A stretch of DNA of 63,942 nucleotides, counting the filler. It is 7 parts of 7 records of this genome, joined end to end, with 100 filler letters (N's around TTAATTAATTAA, not from the genome) between each part and the next. Parts side by side here need not be neighbours in the genome. Positions count along the whole stretch, not along the records: positions 1 to 8,430 come from SRR2962707_4570; positions 8,531 to 15,110 come from SRR2962707_4571; 5 more parts are not named here. One strand, given 5' to 3'. A model generated the notes under the pieces. That model did not search any database, was not told where the DNA came from, and worked only from the letters and a program-made list of their open reading frames with translations. Position 1 is the stretch's first letter; every line of letters begins with the position of its first letter. Both the position numbers and the translations under genes were made by a program. Below are positions 1-12,899 of the stretch, in pieces.

Positions 1-334
1 TTCTTCTTCTTCTTCTTCTTCTTCGGCGTTTGTGCTTCTTTTGCGCTGGGTCGTTTTGGTTGTCGGCTGTGGGTTTGTGTGGGTCTGTGTCTGGGTGGTT
101 TTGGTGGTTTCGTTCGGTCTGTGTCGTTGTCGGTGGGCGCGAGCGTTTTGAAAGCTTTCGTTTGGACGTGCACAGGACTGTTGTTGCCACGTGTGTGGTT
201 CGGTACAGAAGGATTTTTGTTTTTGAGTTTTCACCGAAGCGTAGTGGTGACGTTGCAGCTCCCCCGTTGGGATCTTTCTTCTTCTTTTCTTCTGCTTTTT
301 TTGTTCCTTTTGTTTGGGGAAGGGCACTTCGAAA

Positions 335-3300
335 ATGCTTCGAGGCAACCGCGTGCTTGGGATTCTTCGAGAGTCCAAGAACAAGTGGGAGCAGCGCGCC
401 CCACTCGCGCCCAAACATGTGGAGCGTCTTGTCAAGCAAGGCGTGAAAGTGATCGTGCAACCCTCCACTCGCCGCGCCTTTTACGACGCGGAGTATGCAC
501 GAGCTGGTGCCATCTTGCAGGACGACGTCAGCCCGGCATCGCTCGTGCTTGGCGTAAAGGAAGTCCCCATCAAAGACCTTCTCACAGAAAGAAGTTACAT
601 TTTTTTTTCGCACACCACGAAAGCGCAAGAGTACGTTTTTCTGAGATGCCGTTTACTGCATGCGAGTCCACACGTTGTTTTCTTTGCGAAACCGCTGTGC
701 GCATCACGTGGCGCCGTTCGTGTTTCATTCGTTGTTCTAGTTACAACATGCCGCTTCTGGACGCAGTCCTCGAGAAGAACATCCGCCTCTTTGACTACGA
801 AATGATTACTGAAACGGGCGACCGTCAAAGGTACGTCGTGTCAAGGGTTGATGCACTGCTCGAACGTGCATGCTCTGCATTTTGCCCCACACCTCTTGTT
901 GTTCGTTTTGTAACCGTTCCGTGTGCACAATTGCTGCCGTTGTGTTGCGCAGCCCGCGGCTGGTCGCGTTTGGTCGCTACGCTGGAATTGCCGGTATGAT
1001 TGACATTTGCCGTGGCCTCGGCGAGCGAATGCTGTCGCTTGGTCACACGAACACCTTCATGAAGGTTGCCTCCACATACATGTACGAGAGTCTCGCACAT
1101 GCGGAGGAGGCCGTCCGTCGAAGTGGCGTGGTCCTTGGTCAGAATGGAAGCCCTGCCGACCTTGGCCCACTTGTGTTCACCTTCACAGGGGATGGAAAAG
1201 TCAGCCGCGGTGCGCAGGTGCGCTTGAAGCTTGGCTCATGCTGTTGCATTCCCACTTGCGTACTTGTGACGGACACTTCTGTGGGGTGGTTGCTGAGGTT
1301 GCTTTGGGCTGTAGGAAATTTTTTCTCTGCTCCCGCATGAGTGGGTTTCCAAAGAAGACTTGCCGCATTTGTTGAAAGCCGGTGGCCGCAATGCAGATCT
1401 CAAGAAAGTTTACGGAGTTATCGCAACCCCCGAAGATTTCATCGTGCCACGAAACAACGACCATGTAAGTCTGCGCTGCGAGTAGGCAACTGGCAGATGC
1501 TACGAACTTCAAAGGCCACATCACCAATGCGTCGATTTGTCGATCACATTGTGTGCAGAGCGCGTTTGACAAGCAGCGGTACTACAAGGAGCCTCATGAG
1601 TTCAAGTCAATCTTTCACGAGACGCATCTCCCGTACACATCTGTCTTGATGAACTGCATGTTCTGGACGCAAGCGTAAGTCTCTAGCAGCCGCACTTTTG
1701 CACAACAGGGCCAGTCAGTTCACTCAGTCGCTGTGTTTACATACCTTGTTGTCGTATTAGCTACCCACGCATTGTGACGAACCAGCACCTGCAGGATCTC
1801 GACACTGAGCGGCGTCTTCGGCTGCTTGCAGTGGGGGAGATTACCTGCGACTACATGGGATCGGTGGAGTGCCTTGGAAAATTTTCGACAATCGAAAAAC
1901 CGTTTTATATGTTTGACCCTCAAACAGGACTCATGTGCGTCGCACCATGCTGTTGCTGACTGCGCCAGTGTGCTAAACATCCAGCACTGCCTGTTTTCAC
2001 TCCTCATTGCTCCTGCCAAAGGTCTGACGACTTGGAATCAAATGGCATTCTGATGCAAGGGGTTGACACCCTGCCAGCCGAGCTGCCGAAGGAGGCCACT
2101 GACCATTTTGGAGATCATCTGATGCCACTCCTGCCGAACTTGCTCGACTCGGACGGCAATTTGTCCTTGGAAGAGCAGCAAGCACAACTAAATCCTTCTT
2201 GGTGCGTATTGCGGTCCTATTCCGTGAATACGCTTTGTGTTGCATGGTGGCTGAATCCGGTAAGCCGCGACACTGAATTGAAGTCGCTGCACTCCATGTG
2301 CACCTGCTTCCAGGTTTGGCGCGATGATCACGTCGCAAGGGGAATTGACGCCGTCTTTCCGGTACATCTCAGATTTGCGAGCAAACAATGAGCGCATTGC
2401 TGCCCTGCACAACGAACGTGGCCACGTCGCTGCTGATGGAGAGCGAATCGCTGACGTTTTGGACCCGTCGGGGCACACGGAGCGCATTATGTTGCGCGGT
2501 CACTTGTTTGACAACGCCGTCATCAACAAGTTGTTGGACATTGTGGAGGGCGTAGAAAACTGCGACGTTCAGATGGTAGATTGGTCCCTCGGGACAAACA
2601 GGTCCGAGCACACGACTGCCGTGTTGGACGTCATTGGTGAAGGAGAAGACCCCGAGGAAACCACCTCGTTGGCATTGGTGCGTCTCTGGTGCACCTCTGG
2701 TTTTCTCGTGCGATTCCATGAACGCATGTCATTGACGGAGCCTGTCGAAACACGGTATATTTCAGGCACGCATTGAGGCGCTTGTGGAGGCAATGGCTGT
2801 CATATCGCCAATTGTGTTCCGCAATATTACTGGCCTTGGTCTTGAGTATCATAGCCAACAGGCTGCCGGCTCAGCTGACGCAGTTGCCTTCAATCCTCCA
2901 GTTTCCGGGTGCCAAGGACGGTGCGTTGTGGTGAGGTCGGCTCAAAAATACGACGAGACCATCGGGCATTGTGTGTGCGTGTTCCATACATGGACCTGAC
3001 TTTTTCATTTTCGGCCTTCGTGTGGATAGGAGTGTTCTCATCCTTGGGTCCGGAATGGTCGTTGGCCCTGCTTTGGACGTCATCTTTGACAGTGGAGCTA
3101 ATGTGACGCTCGCATCAAATGACCTCCCTGCTGCCGAGCAGCTTGCTGCCCCGCACTTGCCTGCCGCATTGGATCGCAACCAAGACTTGAAGTGCGTTGT
3201 CTCGCCTTCTCCAAATGTCAGTGTTCTAAAAGAAAACTGGGCTTCGGCAGCAACTCTAATGTTTTTTCTTATGTGCGTGCCTGGTCAGTACCGTCTTCTT

Positions 3301-5152
3301 GGATATGTCGAACGCCGACGCCCTCCCGCAGATGGTCCGCGACCATGATGTTACCATCAGTCTTCTCCCAGCCTCCATGCATGTCAAGGTTGCAGAACTC
3401 TGCATCGAGAACGGAAAGCATTTTGTCTCAGCCAGCTACGAGAGTGAAGCAATGCGGGCTCTCGACGAGCAGGCGCGAAATGCCGGGGTGACACTCCTTA
3501 ACGAGATCGGACTTGACCCAGGAATTGACCACATGAGCGCTATGCAAATTCTCGATGAGGTATGCAGCCGTTGCAGTCACGAAACAAACGACGCCGCGGC
3601 TTCATGTGCTTGCGCCTCCGGTATGGTTTTCCCAAAAGGGCTGATGTGGTCGCATTCATTGTGGTTGCTGACGTAGGCACGTGCGAATGGCGAGACCGTG
3701 ACGTCATTCTCCTCCATTTGCGGCGGCCTTCCAGCCCCAGACGCTGCGGGAAACCCGCTCGGCTACAAGTTCAGTTGGAATCCAGCCGGAGTCCTCCAGG
3801 CATCCCAGAACCCAGCCCGCTTCCTTCACCGTGGCAAGCTTCAACAAGTACGTTCTTACACTGGTGGTTTGCGTCAATCGCTATCGATCGCTTGTGCGTG
3901 AGCGCCACAGTGGAAAACCACAATTTCATCCAATCTTTTTGCGCCATCAGGTTCGGGGCGACGAGCTCATGTTGCACTGCCGACCAGTCAAAGTCGGCAG
4001 CTCGGCTCTGAGCCTTGAGCAGCTCCCCAATCGTGATTCCATGATTTATCGCGACATTTACGGCCTCGAAGACGCCCACACTGTGTATCGTGGAACCATT
4101 CGCTACAGGTGTGTTGAGCAGCTTTGCCTACGTCGACACGCAGTCGCTGCCTGCTTGTGATTCCACCACAATCTGATGTTCACTGTTGTGCTCGATGATG
4201 CACGATCGGGGTGGGGACGTACACAGTGGGTTTGCACCGGTTGTGCATTCGTTGTCCCGGATTGGTCTTTTTGATGTGGACCGTCCCTTGTCCGAAGTTC
4301 TGCCAAACTTCGAAGCGGGACGAGTGCCAACCTGGTCGGACCTCATGCTGTCACTTGTGCAGCCACTGGACGGGATGGGTAGGTCTGCCCCAGCTTGCTT
4401 GCCGGCAGTGGCGCTTTCGCGTCTAACTGATTTTGCTCGCGGCGTGTTGCAACAGGCATTCGTCAAACTCTGCGTGAACGGCTGGAGCCAGAGTTTTTGA
4501 GCGCCGACAGCGAGGCCATTGCGGCCACTTGCGTTGAGGCATTTGAATTCCTTGGGCTGTTCGGAACCGATGCCGCGAACGATTCACTTGCGGAGGCCAT
4601 TGAACGCGGTGCCACACCTCGCGATGCCCTGTGCGACCGATTGCAGGTACGTTTGCAGTGTCAACGTTTGAGCTGCATGGATGGGCTTGCGCGTGGAAGA
4701 TTGATCGGCCTTGATGGTGGTGGTGTTGTTGCTCGTGCAGGAAAAATTGAGCTACGAGGACGGAGAGAGTGACATGGTGCTTCTGCACCATGAATTCCGC
4801 ATTCGCTCGGCTGACGGGAAGCGCATGAGGAAAGTGACATCAACACTGCAAGCGTACGTTTCAAGTATCGTTGGTCATGCATCTAAAGTTTGCAAGTACG
4901 TAGTGCCTGGCAAGTTGGGACAAACCGTGAGGGCATATTGCGCGCAGGTACGGAGCACCGTATCCCGACGGGCCTTCTGCAATGGCAACGACGGTCGGTC
5001 TGCCCGTTGGTCTTGCCGCTTTGATGGTCCTCAACGGAACCATCCAGCAACGCGGTGCCGCACTCCCCATCACAAAGGAGATCTACGACCCCATTCTGGC
5101 GAAGCTTGCCGAGATGGGCGTCGTTTGCACCGAACGAGAATTTCCGCTGTAA
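335..5152 (+). CDS. AASS: Bifunctional lysine-ketoglutarate reductase / saccharopine dehydrogenase (alpha-aminoadipic semialdehyde synthase); multi-exon eukaryotic gene, about 16 short introns
   Basis: Collinear exon fragments: LGILRESKNKWEQRAPLAP, LGVKEV, FFSHTTKAQ, RLVAFGRYAGIAGMID, FTGDGKVSRGAQ, GVDTLPAELPKEATDHFG, LGSGMV, NEIGLDPGIDHMSA, SFSSICGGLPAP..NPLGYKFSWNP, GTIRY, DMVLLHHEF. GT..AG introns lie between them. ATG 335; stop TAA 5150-5152. Exact exon edges are approximate. Confidence 0.93.
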
Positions 5153-5323
5153 ATGAAACCGTGCATGCGAGCGTGCTGCATGGCAGTACAGAGCCAGTCC
5201 CGACGAGTGTTTATAACAAGTTATCGCACGCCTGGTGGCTATTCGAACCAGAACATTGTACCAGCCCTTGCACATTGCGGTTGGAGGCTCGCAAAGACCA
5301 ACACGTTCCAGTACACTTGGGAA

Positions 5324-8300
5324 TCACCGATCCCCCACGGCGTGCAGCCGTGAGAACTGCTCAGCGAGTTCCAATATTTCAGCAGGCGCAGCATCGCTTG
5401 TGCTGGCCGAGGCAGACTATTACAGCAGGCAGGTAGACTCCATTCTATGAGCGGACATGAAGGGCCAAGCAATTGCATTAAAAGCATCGTGACAAACTTA
5501 ATGAAGTGAGCTTTACCGTTTGGTTCAACATCATGTAAAGCGGCGTAATGCTTTTGAGGCGCTCGTTTAGAGTGTTGAAGGCGGTTGATTGAGGAAGCAG
5601 CATCAACACGCCGTACCTGATACGAAAAAAAACGAAAAAATAAAAAATAAATAACGGGACACGGCGGCGTGCGCAACGCATTCGTAAGCGTGTACCATTG
5701 CCTGGCGCACTGATTTCGGTTCACTCAACATTTTTCAATTGCAGGAAAGCCACGTACAAAGTTTTGATCAAAAGCTGGTGCTTGGGGACGTGAGGGTCCA
5801 TAAGTTGAAGGCGCTGGCGGAGGAAGATCGGAGACTCGACCAGCAACACAAGGCGGTCGAGCTGCATCAACACGTCCAGGGTAATGGAAATGCGACAAAA
5901 CTTGGGAATCAGCAAAACTGAAAGATGATACGCCTGTTCCACAGCAGGAGCAGTCGAACAAAATGAGCAAATAAGAGGGCCAAACCTCCAGGCGCGCACC
6001 CCGCGAGAAAGGTAATGACAAGCACACGTCACACGGCAGAAAAATACCTGCGCCAGCAGGCACAGGCTGAGTGCTGCGACTGCGTTGTGGCACCAAGTGA
6101 CATAGAGGATCTTGAACACGTCATAGCTCTCGGTGTCAGCCGGCTCGAATTGACGCTTGGCCACGCCATCAGCCCCTCCGCTGCTATCGCCCACATCGGC
6201 ATTGTGGTTGAAACAGCGTTCTAGTAGAGAGCGCAGGCCGCGCAGCTCAACAGCCGTCAACAAGATGAGGTTGAAAGTCTGGTGCACAATTCACAGCCAA
6301 GCCGCACATTAAAGTGCCGTACAAAGCAACAGTCTTTTTCGAGAAGCACAACGACAAAGCACGAAGTGCGACGAACCTGCACCATGATCTTAGCGAATTC
6401 CACATCTTTGACTTGCAGCAACAACTTCGCCATGGTAATGTAGATGGTTTTGGAATCGAGGCCCGATGACTCAGCGCATAGGGTTCGGATGATAAAGCTG
6501 CCACGATCCTCCAACTATTCAGCACACCCAACACGCATGAACTCAAATCTGCACAGGTCACTGGCGCACGGGAGGCAGACACTAATTTGGAGGCGCGGTG
6601 ATTATTGTCTTACCAAGTCTGGCTTGCGCTGAAACAAGTTAAGGATGCGACGCAGCACGTCATCGAAGTGACTGCGATTGGATGCAATGCCAGCCAGCAC
6701 CTGGAGAGTGGACATGGCAATGCTGTCGTACCTGGCAACGACATATTCGCATCGATTGATCCATGGTTGGTTGAGGGTTGAAACACATGGATACATGTCT
6801 TCACTTTTGCCCCGAAACTTACTCATCACAGAGCAGGTTCATTAAGACAGGCCAAAAATCTCCAAGGACACTCAGTACTTGACCCTCATTCTTTTCCAGC
6901 AGCATAGAGACCCACGAGAGGGACTGCTGTCTGGGGTACCAAAACGACCACAAATGAGACACTGCCAACTTGGGTTGGCAAGCAAGCAGGCGCGCTCGGA
7001 AAAGGTCAACACCGAACTCAACCTGGGTGTGTAGGAACAAACCTCACAATCGGGTCTTTGTTTTGAAGCTCCTTGCGAAGCTTGTGCAGCAAAACCGAAA
7101 AGTCCAGCGGCTCTGGCGTTTTGCGCACCAGGTGAAGCAAGTCCTCGTTAGTTTCCGTTGCGTAGTCCCGAATCTCGTGCTCGCTGTCTGCCACGAGCTG
7201 CAATACAGCGTTCAAGAGAAGGCCATAGAGATCTTGCAGGCGCTCTTGGCCAAGCTTGATGATCTCCTGCAACCAGGTGATGGCCGTCAACTTGTTGAAG
7301 CGGAGCTGGCGGGGAGCACACTGCTCAACAAGAATTTTAATGATCGGTGCCAGCTGCAGCCTAGCCAAACATGAAGCAATCTTGTTCAGTGCTCCACAAG
7401 CCAAGCCGGTGGCAGACAGCAAGGGAAAATCAGCATGGTAACGCACGTCTCAACATTGCAAGTTTTGATTTCTTCCAAAAATTCGCAGAGAGCCTGGTCT
7501 GCCTGCTGGCGGATCTCTTTGATGACGTCCGAGAGCATCGTGAATAAGCCCTTCAAGAAGTTGGGCAGGTAGTCGAGCATGTTGATGAACGGCACGGAGT
7601 CGAGAATGGTGATCCAGCCTACCAGCAGCTGCCGGATGTACCTTGGATTGAAGGATCAAACAAACATCATCAGTCACAAACTCAGGACACCCCCGCTACA
7701 CACAAAATGCGCCGGTAAAGGACCGAAGGCCGAGAGCACAAAGAGAGTTTGAACGAGGCTCCTAGTTTGCCTGCTTGCGACAGCTTGCAGCAACAAGCGC
7801 AGTCATGGAAGAAAAACTCACGGGTTGGTGATTTCAAGCTTCTGTTCGAGCAACGGGATGAAGTCGTCAATGGCAAAGTGGTCACTCTCAGTCACAATTT
7901 CTTTCAGGAGGCGGTCCAGGAGCTGTGCCGCATTTTTGACGTCGACGTCAACATCCGAATACAACTCACAAAGCCTGTTGGATGCACGCAAGCACGGGCC
8001 ACGTAGTCACGTCCGTGCTCATGCCGACTGGGCAATAGCTCGACGGGAATAGCATGCAGGAGAGTCTGCCGGGATCAAATAACGCACCCTGCAAAAATTT
8101 CGTTGAACGAGTGCTTCAAAATCGCCTTTCGGGCGACTTTTGCAATGTTGAACAGCGACTCGCACGCGTAGTAGCGCACACGAGGCTCAGGGTCTGAGAA
8201 GCACTGCGTGACGGGCTCCAGCAGGTACCTTTGTGCCACGAGAGCATAAAATCAACAGCGACGGGAACCCGTCAGCCCTGGCGGTACTGCTTTGTCAGAC

Positions 8301-8430
8301 AGCAGAGATTCGACACGCCCCCAAGGTACGCGCACACAGCAAGGATACGGCTACAGGCACGGCCAAACAGCAAAGACAAAGGCACGCAGCAACGGCACTT
8401 CCCAGCAGCAAAGATACGACCAGGCGGCAC
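5324..8430 (-). CDS. VAC14: VAC14 (PIKfyve/Fab1 complex HEAT-repeat scaffold); multi-exon, 5' end truncated at the contig edge
   Basis: Exon fragments: [103 protein letters not shown]. Probable last exon ends at TGA 5326-5324. Confidence 0.9.
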
Positions 8431-8530
8431 NNNNNNNNNNNNNNNNNNNNNNNNNNNNNNNNNNNNNNNNNNNNTTAATTAATTAANNNNNNNNNNNNNN
8501 NNNNNNNNNNNNNNNNNNNNNNNNNNNNNN
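8431..8530. other. Assembly spacer (N run with TTAATTAATTAA); the same spacer recurs at 15111-15210, 24934-25033, 31679-31778, 52030-52129 and 58361-58460
   Basis: 100-nt N block with a central all-frame stop linker, seen six times. Confidence 0.99.
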
Positions 8531-8640
8531 TCACTCACTCACTCACCCACTCACTCTCACAGACTCTCACTCACTTCTCACTCACTCGCTCACCCACCCA
8601 CTCACCCTCTCACACCAGCCCAGACTCTGGACTCCAGACT
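8531..8640 (+). repeat. (TCAC/ACTC)n-rich low-complexity tract at contig start
   Basis: tcactcactcactcacccactcactctcac... Confidence 0.8.
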
Positions 8641-9059
8641 CTTGCTCGCTTCGCCTCCTCAAATAAAGGCCCCGACTCCCGTGCTTGCGTTTCCTTTTCT
8701 TTTGGCTTTCCTCTTGGGTTTTCTTTCGGTTTTTTCTTCTGGGTCTGGTTGCCTTTGTTTGGTTGCTGAGGGAGTTTTGAATATTCTGTTTTGCGTTTGT
8801 GTTTGTGGCGCTGTGGCTTTGGGTGCTCGCTCCTTTCGAAAAAGTGTTTTCCACTCTCGAAAGTGTGGTTGTGACGAGATTGGGGAGAAGAAGTTCGTGC
8901 GTTTTCGGGACTTGCACGAGGTTTAATTTCCTTGTGGTGCGTGTGGGTTCGTGCTATTTTTCGAAAGTTTGGGGAGCAGAAATCCATGCTTCTTAGGAGC
9001 GTACAGGGTGCACGAGGCGTCGGTTCCAGGCGCCGCTTAGCTAACGGCAGAGGGCAACA

Positions 9060-9737
9060 ATGAGCGAAGCTCTAACCATTGAAGGAACTTTCCAGAGACT
9101 CACAGAAGCTGTGGAGCGCGCGAGAGAGGAGGTTCGGGTGCTCAGAGAACGCAAACGAAAAGCTGAAGCTCGATTTGACAAACTTCAGCGCGAACTTCAA
9201 CTGCTGCTTGTTCAAAAGCTGCAGCTTGATGCCGAGGCGAGTAGCTTGAGGGCAGAAAGGGCTGTGCGTGAGGAAACGATTAGAGCGCTTGGTGAAACGC
9301 TACGGTCAACGGAAAAAAAACTGCGGAAATCAGTCGTTGCACGGGAACTTGCAGCTCTTGAAGCTCGAGCAATGCATGCAGAAACAAAGGAGTCTTTGGT
9401 GGCTCTCGAGCGCCACGCACAGGACGTGGCGAAGACTCGCCGGGAGCTCAACGCTGTTTATGCATCGGCGTTTCAAACTTTCACAACCCAATGGCGTGAC
9501 ATGGAAAAGTGGGGCAAAAGTGAGGCGAGCAAGTTGCGAAAGGCCCTCGCAAAGGCCAAGCAGGCATCCACGAGACAGGACATGGGTGCGCGGCTTGCCG
9601 CCGAGACCTCGACGAGTCGAGATCAACTCTCCCGTGCTCTGGAGGAGCTCCACAACGTCAGTATTTCACGACGAAATCAGCGAGTTGGATGCCACACTGC
9701 TGAACCAGCGCCACGAAAACGCCGCTGGGGCGAATGA
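9060..9737 (+). CDS. Intronless coiled-coil protein of unknown function (225 aa)
   Basis: ATG-started ORF rich in E/R/L/A with heptad character; basic C-terminus RKRRWGE. Confidence 0.6.
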   Translation: MSEALTIEGTFQRLTEAVERAREEVRVLRERKRKAEARFDKLQRELQLLLVQKLQLDAEASSLRAERAVREETIRALGETLRSTEKKLRKSVVARELAALEARAMHAETKESLVALERHAQDVAKTRRELNAVYASAFQTFTTQWRDMEKWGKSEASKLRKALAKAKQASTRQDMGARLAAETSTSRDQLSRALEELHNVSISRRNQRVGCHTAEPAPRKRRWGE

Positions 9738-10779
9738 GTCCAGCAAAACCGCCATCACTCTACAACGTCCACACGCGCCGATACGTACATACATACATGA
9801 ATGGCTGTGCAGCATACAGTCGGGCTTCAGGTTGACGCGGCCATGACCAAGTGTTGTTTTGTTCCTCGGTTTAAACAGCGTCTGCAAACGAGATTTTTTT
9901 TTACGACCATTGCTCTTGGCCTTTTTTTTTTTTTGCCTTTCTTTGTTGCTTTTGTTGAACTCGTGATGGAGGTTTTGATGATGACCATGCGATGCCATTC
10001 AGGCATCCAGCACCAAGAACGTGCACCCTGTCTTGTTGCTCCTGCGCTCAGCACAGTGAAAAACGAAACCTGTTATTCACCGGTACAAAAAAGCGTGAGT
10101 GACCCAGCCAGTGTTTGTGCGTTGCTTCGAAAAAAGTATGTTTTGACTTTTACTTTGGATACCAGTTGTATTCATATGAAAAATGTAGGGGCTGGATGGC
10201 TCGCTCCGCTCTGCACTACTCAGCACTCAGCTCAGCACAAGATCTACCTCCTCCTCTTCCTCCTTCGTTTCCGTTTATGCGTCACGAGTCGCATCCTTGT
10301 CACCAACCAGGCCGAGCAGATCGAGTCTCCGCCCTCACTCACTGTCTTCTTGTGCGTGTGTGTGGAGAACGAGATCTCCAGCTGAGCTTGCTCGTCCTCT
10401 TACTCACTCCTCTCACTCGCAAGCACCGCTCTCGTCGTCGCCGAGTGAGTGATCCCGCTGCCAATCACCGAGTGCGTTGGCTCCGCCAACCCAAAGCCGT
10501 GAGGACGGAGGGTGGGTGAAGGTGTGGACGGTGTCCTTCCCGCAACGCCGTGCACACACGCACACGCATTCGCGCACGCTCACACACCTGCACCAGATAC
10601 TGACTGTGTGTACCGAGTTTTTTTGTGTCCAAGTTCGCACGCAAAATTGGTGTTTTTGTGTTTTTCCAGCTGTGTGTCAACGAGCCAGCTGGTGTTGGAG
10701 GCTCCCTGTTGTTCCATCGTCGTCGTAGGTGTTGTTGTCGAGGGTCGGTCGTCGCCCTTTGAAAGCGCGCACGAACGAC

Positions 10780-12687
10780 ATGGACGCCCTCAACTGCACA
10801 TGGGAGACCTTTTACAACGTCTCTGATGTCAACGTCACAACTTGCTCTGCCAAACAGTTCACCCCGGACCAAACATTTGCCTTGGACACGACCACTATGG
10901 TGTGCGGTGCCCTTTCGTGCTTCGGGGCTGCTTTCATTATCATTACGTTCTCGGTTTTTAAGGAGTTGCACGTCCCGTCGCTCAAGCTCGTCATGTACGT
11001 TCGTCTCTCCGCTCACGCAAACTGAGGCTCCAGCATCGACTTGTTCGTGCGAGTGGGACACAACGCTGATCATTCATTTTGTGCTTGCCCTTTCAAACTG
11101 CTCTGCTCGCGTCACAGGTACCTTTCCGTCACGGACTTCTTGACAAGCATCACCTATATCTTGAGCAGTGTGCCAAACCATGACCCCGATACTTGTGAAC
11201 GGTACCCAATGTGCTTCGTTCAAGCAGGCCTCACTGAGTTTGCGGAAATGGCATCGTTTTTCTGGGTTGGGTGCATTGCATTCAACATCTATGCAATAGC
11301 CGTGTTGCGAATGAATGAACGTCGTGTCAATCTGCAGCATATGTACTACCACATTTTTTCTTGGGGTGTTCCTGTCATCTTGACAATCATCGGATACGTC
11401 GGTGACTACTATGGTACGTGCTCGTGTGTTGCTGCACTTCCGGATTCAGGCGTGAAAAGGTACTTTTTAAAGCAGCTAATGTTGTGCTTCAAACCGTGAT
11501 TGCAACTTGCAGGTCCGGCGGGATCCTGGTGCTGGGTTGAGGCGCAACATTTTGTTGCGCGAATTATGCTTCTTTACCTTTGGCTCATTGCGTTGTTAGT
11601 CGTCATCACCTATCTTTACTGCCACGTGGCATTCGCAGTGCGAGGTTGGTTGTTGAAACATGAGTGCCTTCTGCTCATGCTGCACAAATCAGCCTCAATC
11701 GATCCTTGTTAGCTAAACTTTGCGCCGTGGTGTGTGTGTGTGGTGTTTGTCAAGGCTCATCGTTGAGCTTGATAGTGGGCCGCCTGCGCCTCTATGTCTT
11801 CATCTTCTTTGGATGCCATATTTTTGGTTCGTATTCGTCTTTTGTGCGTCGTGCCAGCAACTTGGCTGTCGGTTTTGCTTTTTCGTTCTGAACAAGCTTT
11901 TTCGTGTCGTCGTTGTGCGGCACACAATCATAATGCCAGGTTTGATCAACCGCGTCCAGAATTTCCTTGATCCTTGCCATCCAATATTCTGGCTGAGCTT
12001 CACACAGGCTCTGCTAACATCCCTTCAAGGCCTCGCGAATGCCATCGCGTACGGCCTTAACCGGTGAGTGCTGTTTTTGGCTCGGGTTTCTGTATTGGTT
12101 CGGTGGTGGATCTTAGTTGTTGGTTGCATTTTCGCCTCAATTTTGTAATTTTGTGAACACTTTGTTGTCCTGCGCTCGATGCGCATGTATACACTTTTGG
12201 CTCAACGCTTGGCAGATCGGTGATTAATCAGTACAAACAGTGCATCTTCAAAAGGCGCATCACGTCTGACTTTGAAGAATCTGGTGCGGCCCTGTAGCTG
12301 TGTCTTGCAACGTGCAGCTGTTCTTGACTTCTGGTGGTAGGGCAAGCCAATGGCTAAGCCTGTTTTTATATGTTTTTTTGTAGATTCCCGCCGGGTAAAG
12401 CTTCACAAATCCTTCAAGGCGCACACGCCACCCACCACCGTTTCCGTTTCCATGACAGAGGTACAAGCAGATACGCAGGACATGGAGTAAGTCTTGGGTG
12501 ATGTCGTACTGGGTGTCACATTATTGAGAAATCATTTTTGTCCGTGGGGTGTATTTTCAATTGACTGTTTGCGTTCCTCCATGTTGGCTTTTTCTGTGCA
12601 TGGTGTTTTTTGTGGCTCAGCTATGGGCAAATGGAAGATGGCCACACACCCGACTTTGGCTACAGCTCTGACGATGGGTCTGACTAG
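10780..12687 (+). CDS. 7-TM G-protein-coupled receptor, cAMP-receptor/GCR1-like; multi-exon
   Basis: ALSCFGAAFIIITF..FKELH..SLKLVMYLSVTDF, CFVQAGLTEFAEMASFFWVGCIAFNIY, YYHIFSWGVP, GPAGSWCWV, RLRLYVFIFFGC, LINRVQ, SLQGLANAIAYG. GT-AG introns. Confidence 0.85.
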
Positions 12688-12899
12688 ATGCCGCGTATTG
12701 GCTATTCTCACTCTCTTTCTGCTTCTGCTCGCGATATGATCATGGAGTTCAAATTGTTGTGAATAAACTTATGGATACTATTGTTACTTATTCTTTGGAG
12801 GTGTCGGCTCGTTCTCTCAACCGTCATACCGGGTGGTCGATACGGTCACAGCATCATGCGAGGTCCTGAGTGAGGCCAGTGCAGTCAAGTCAAAAACGT

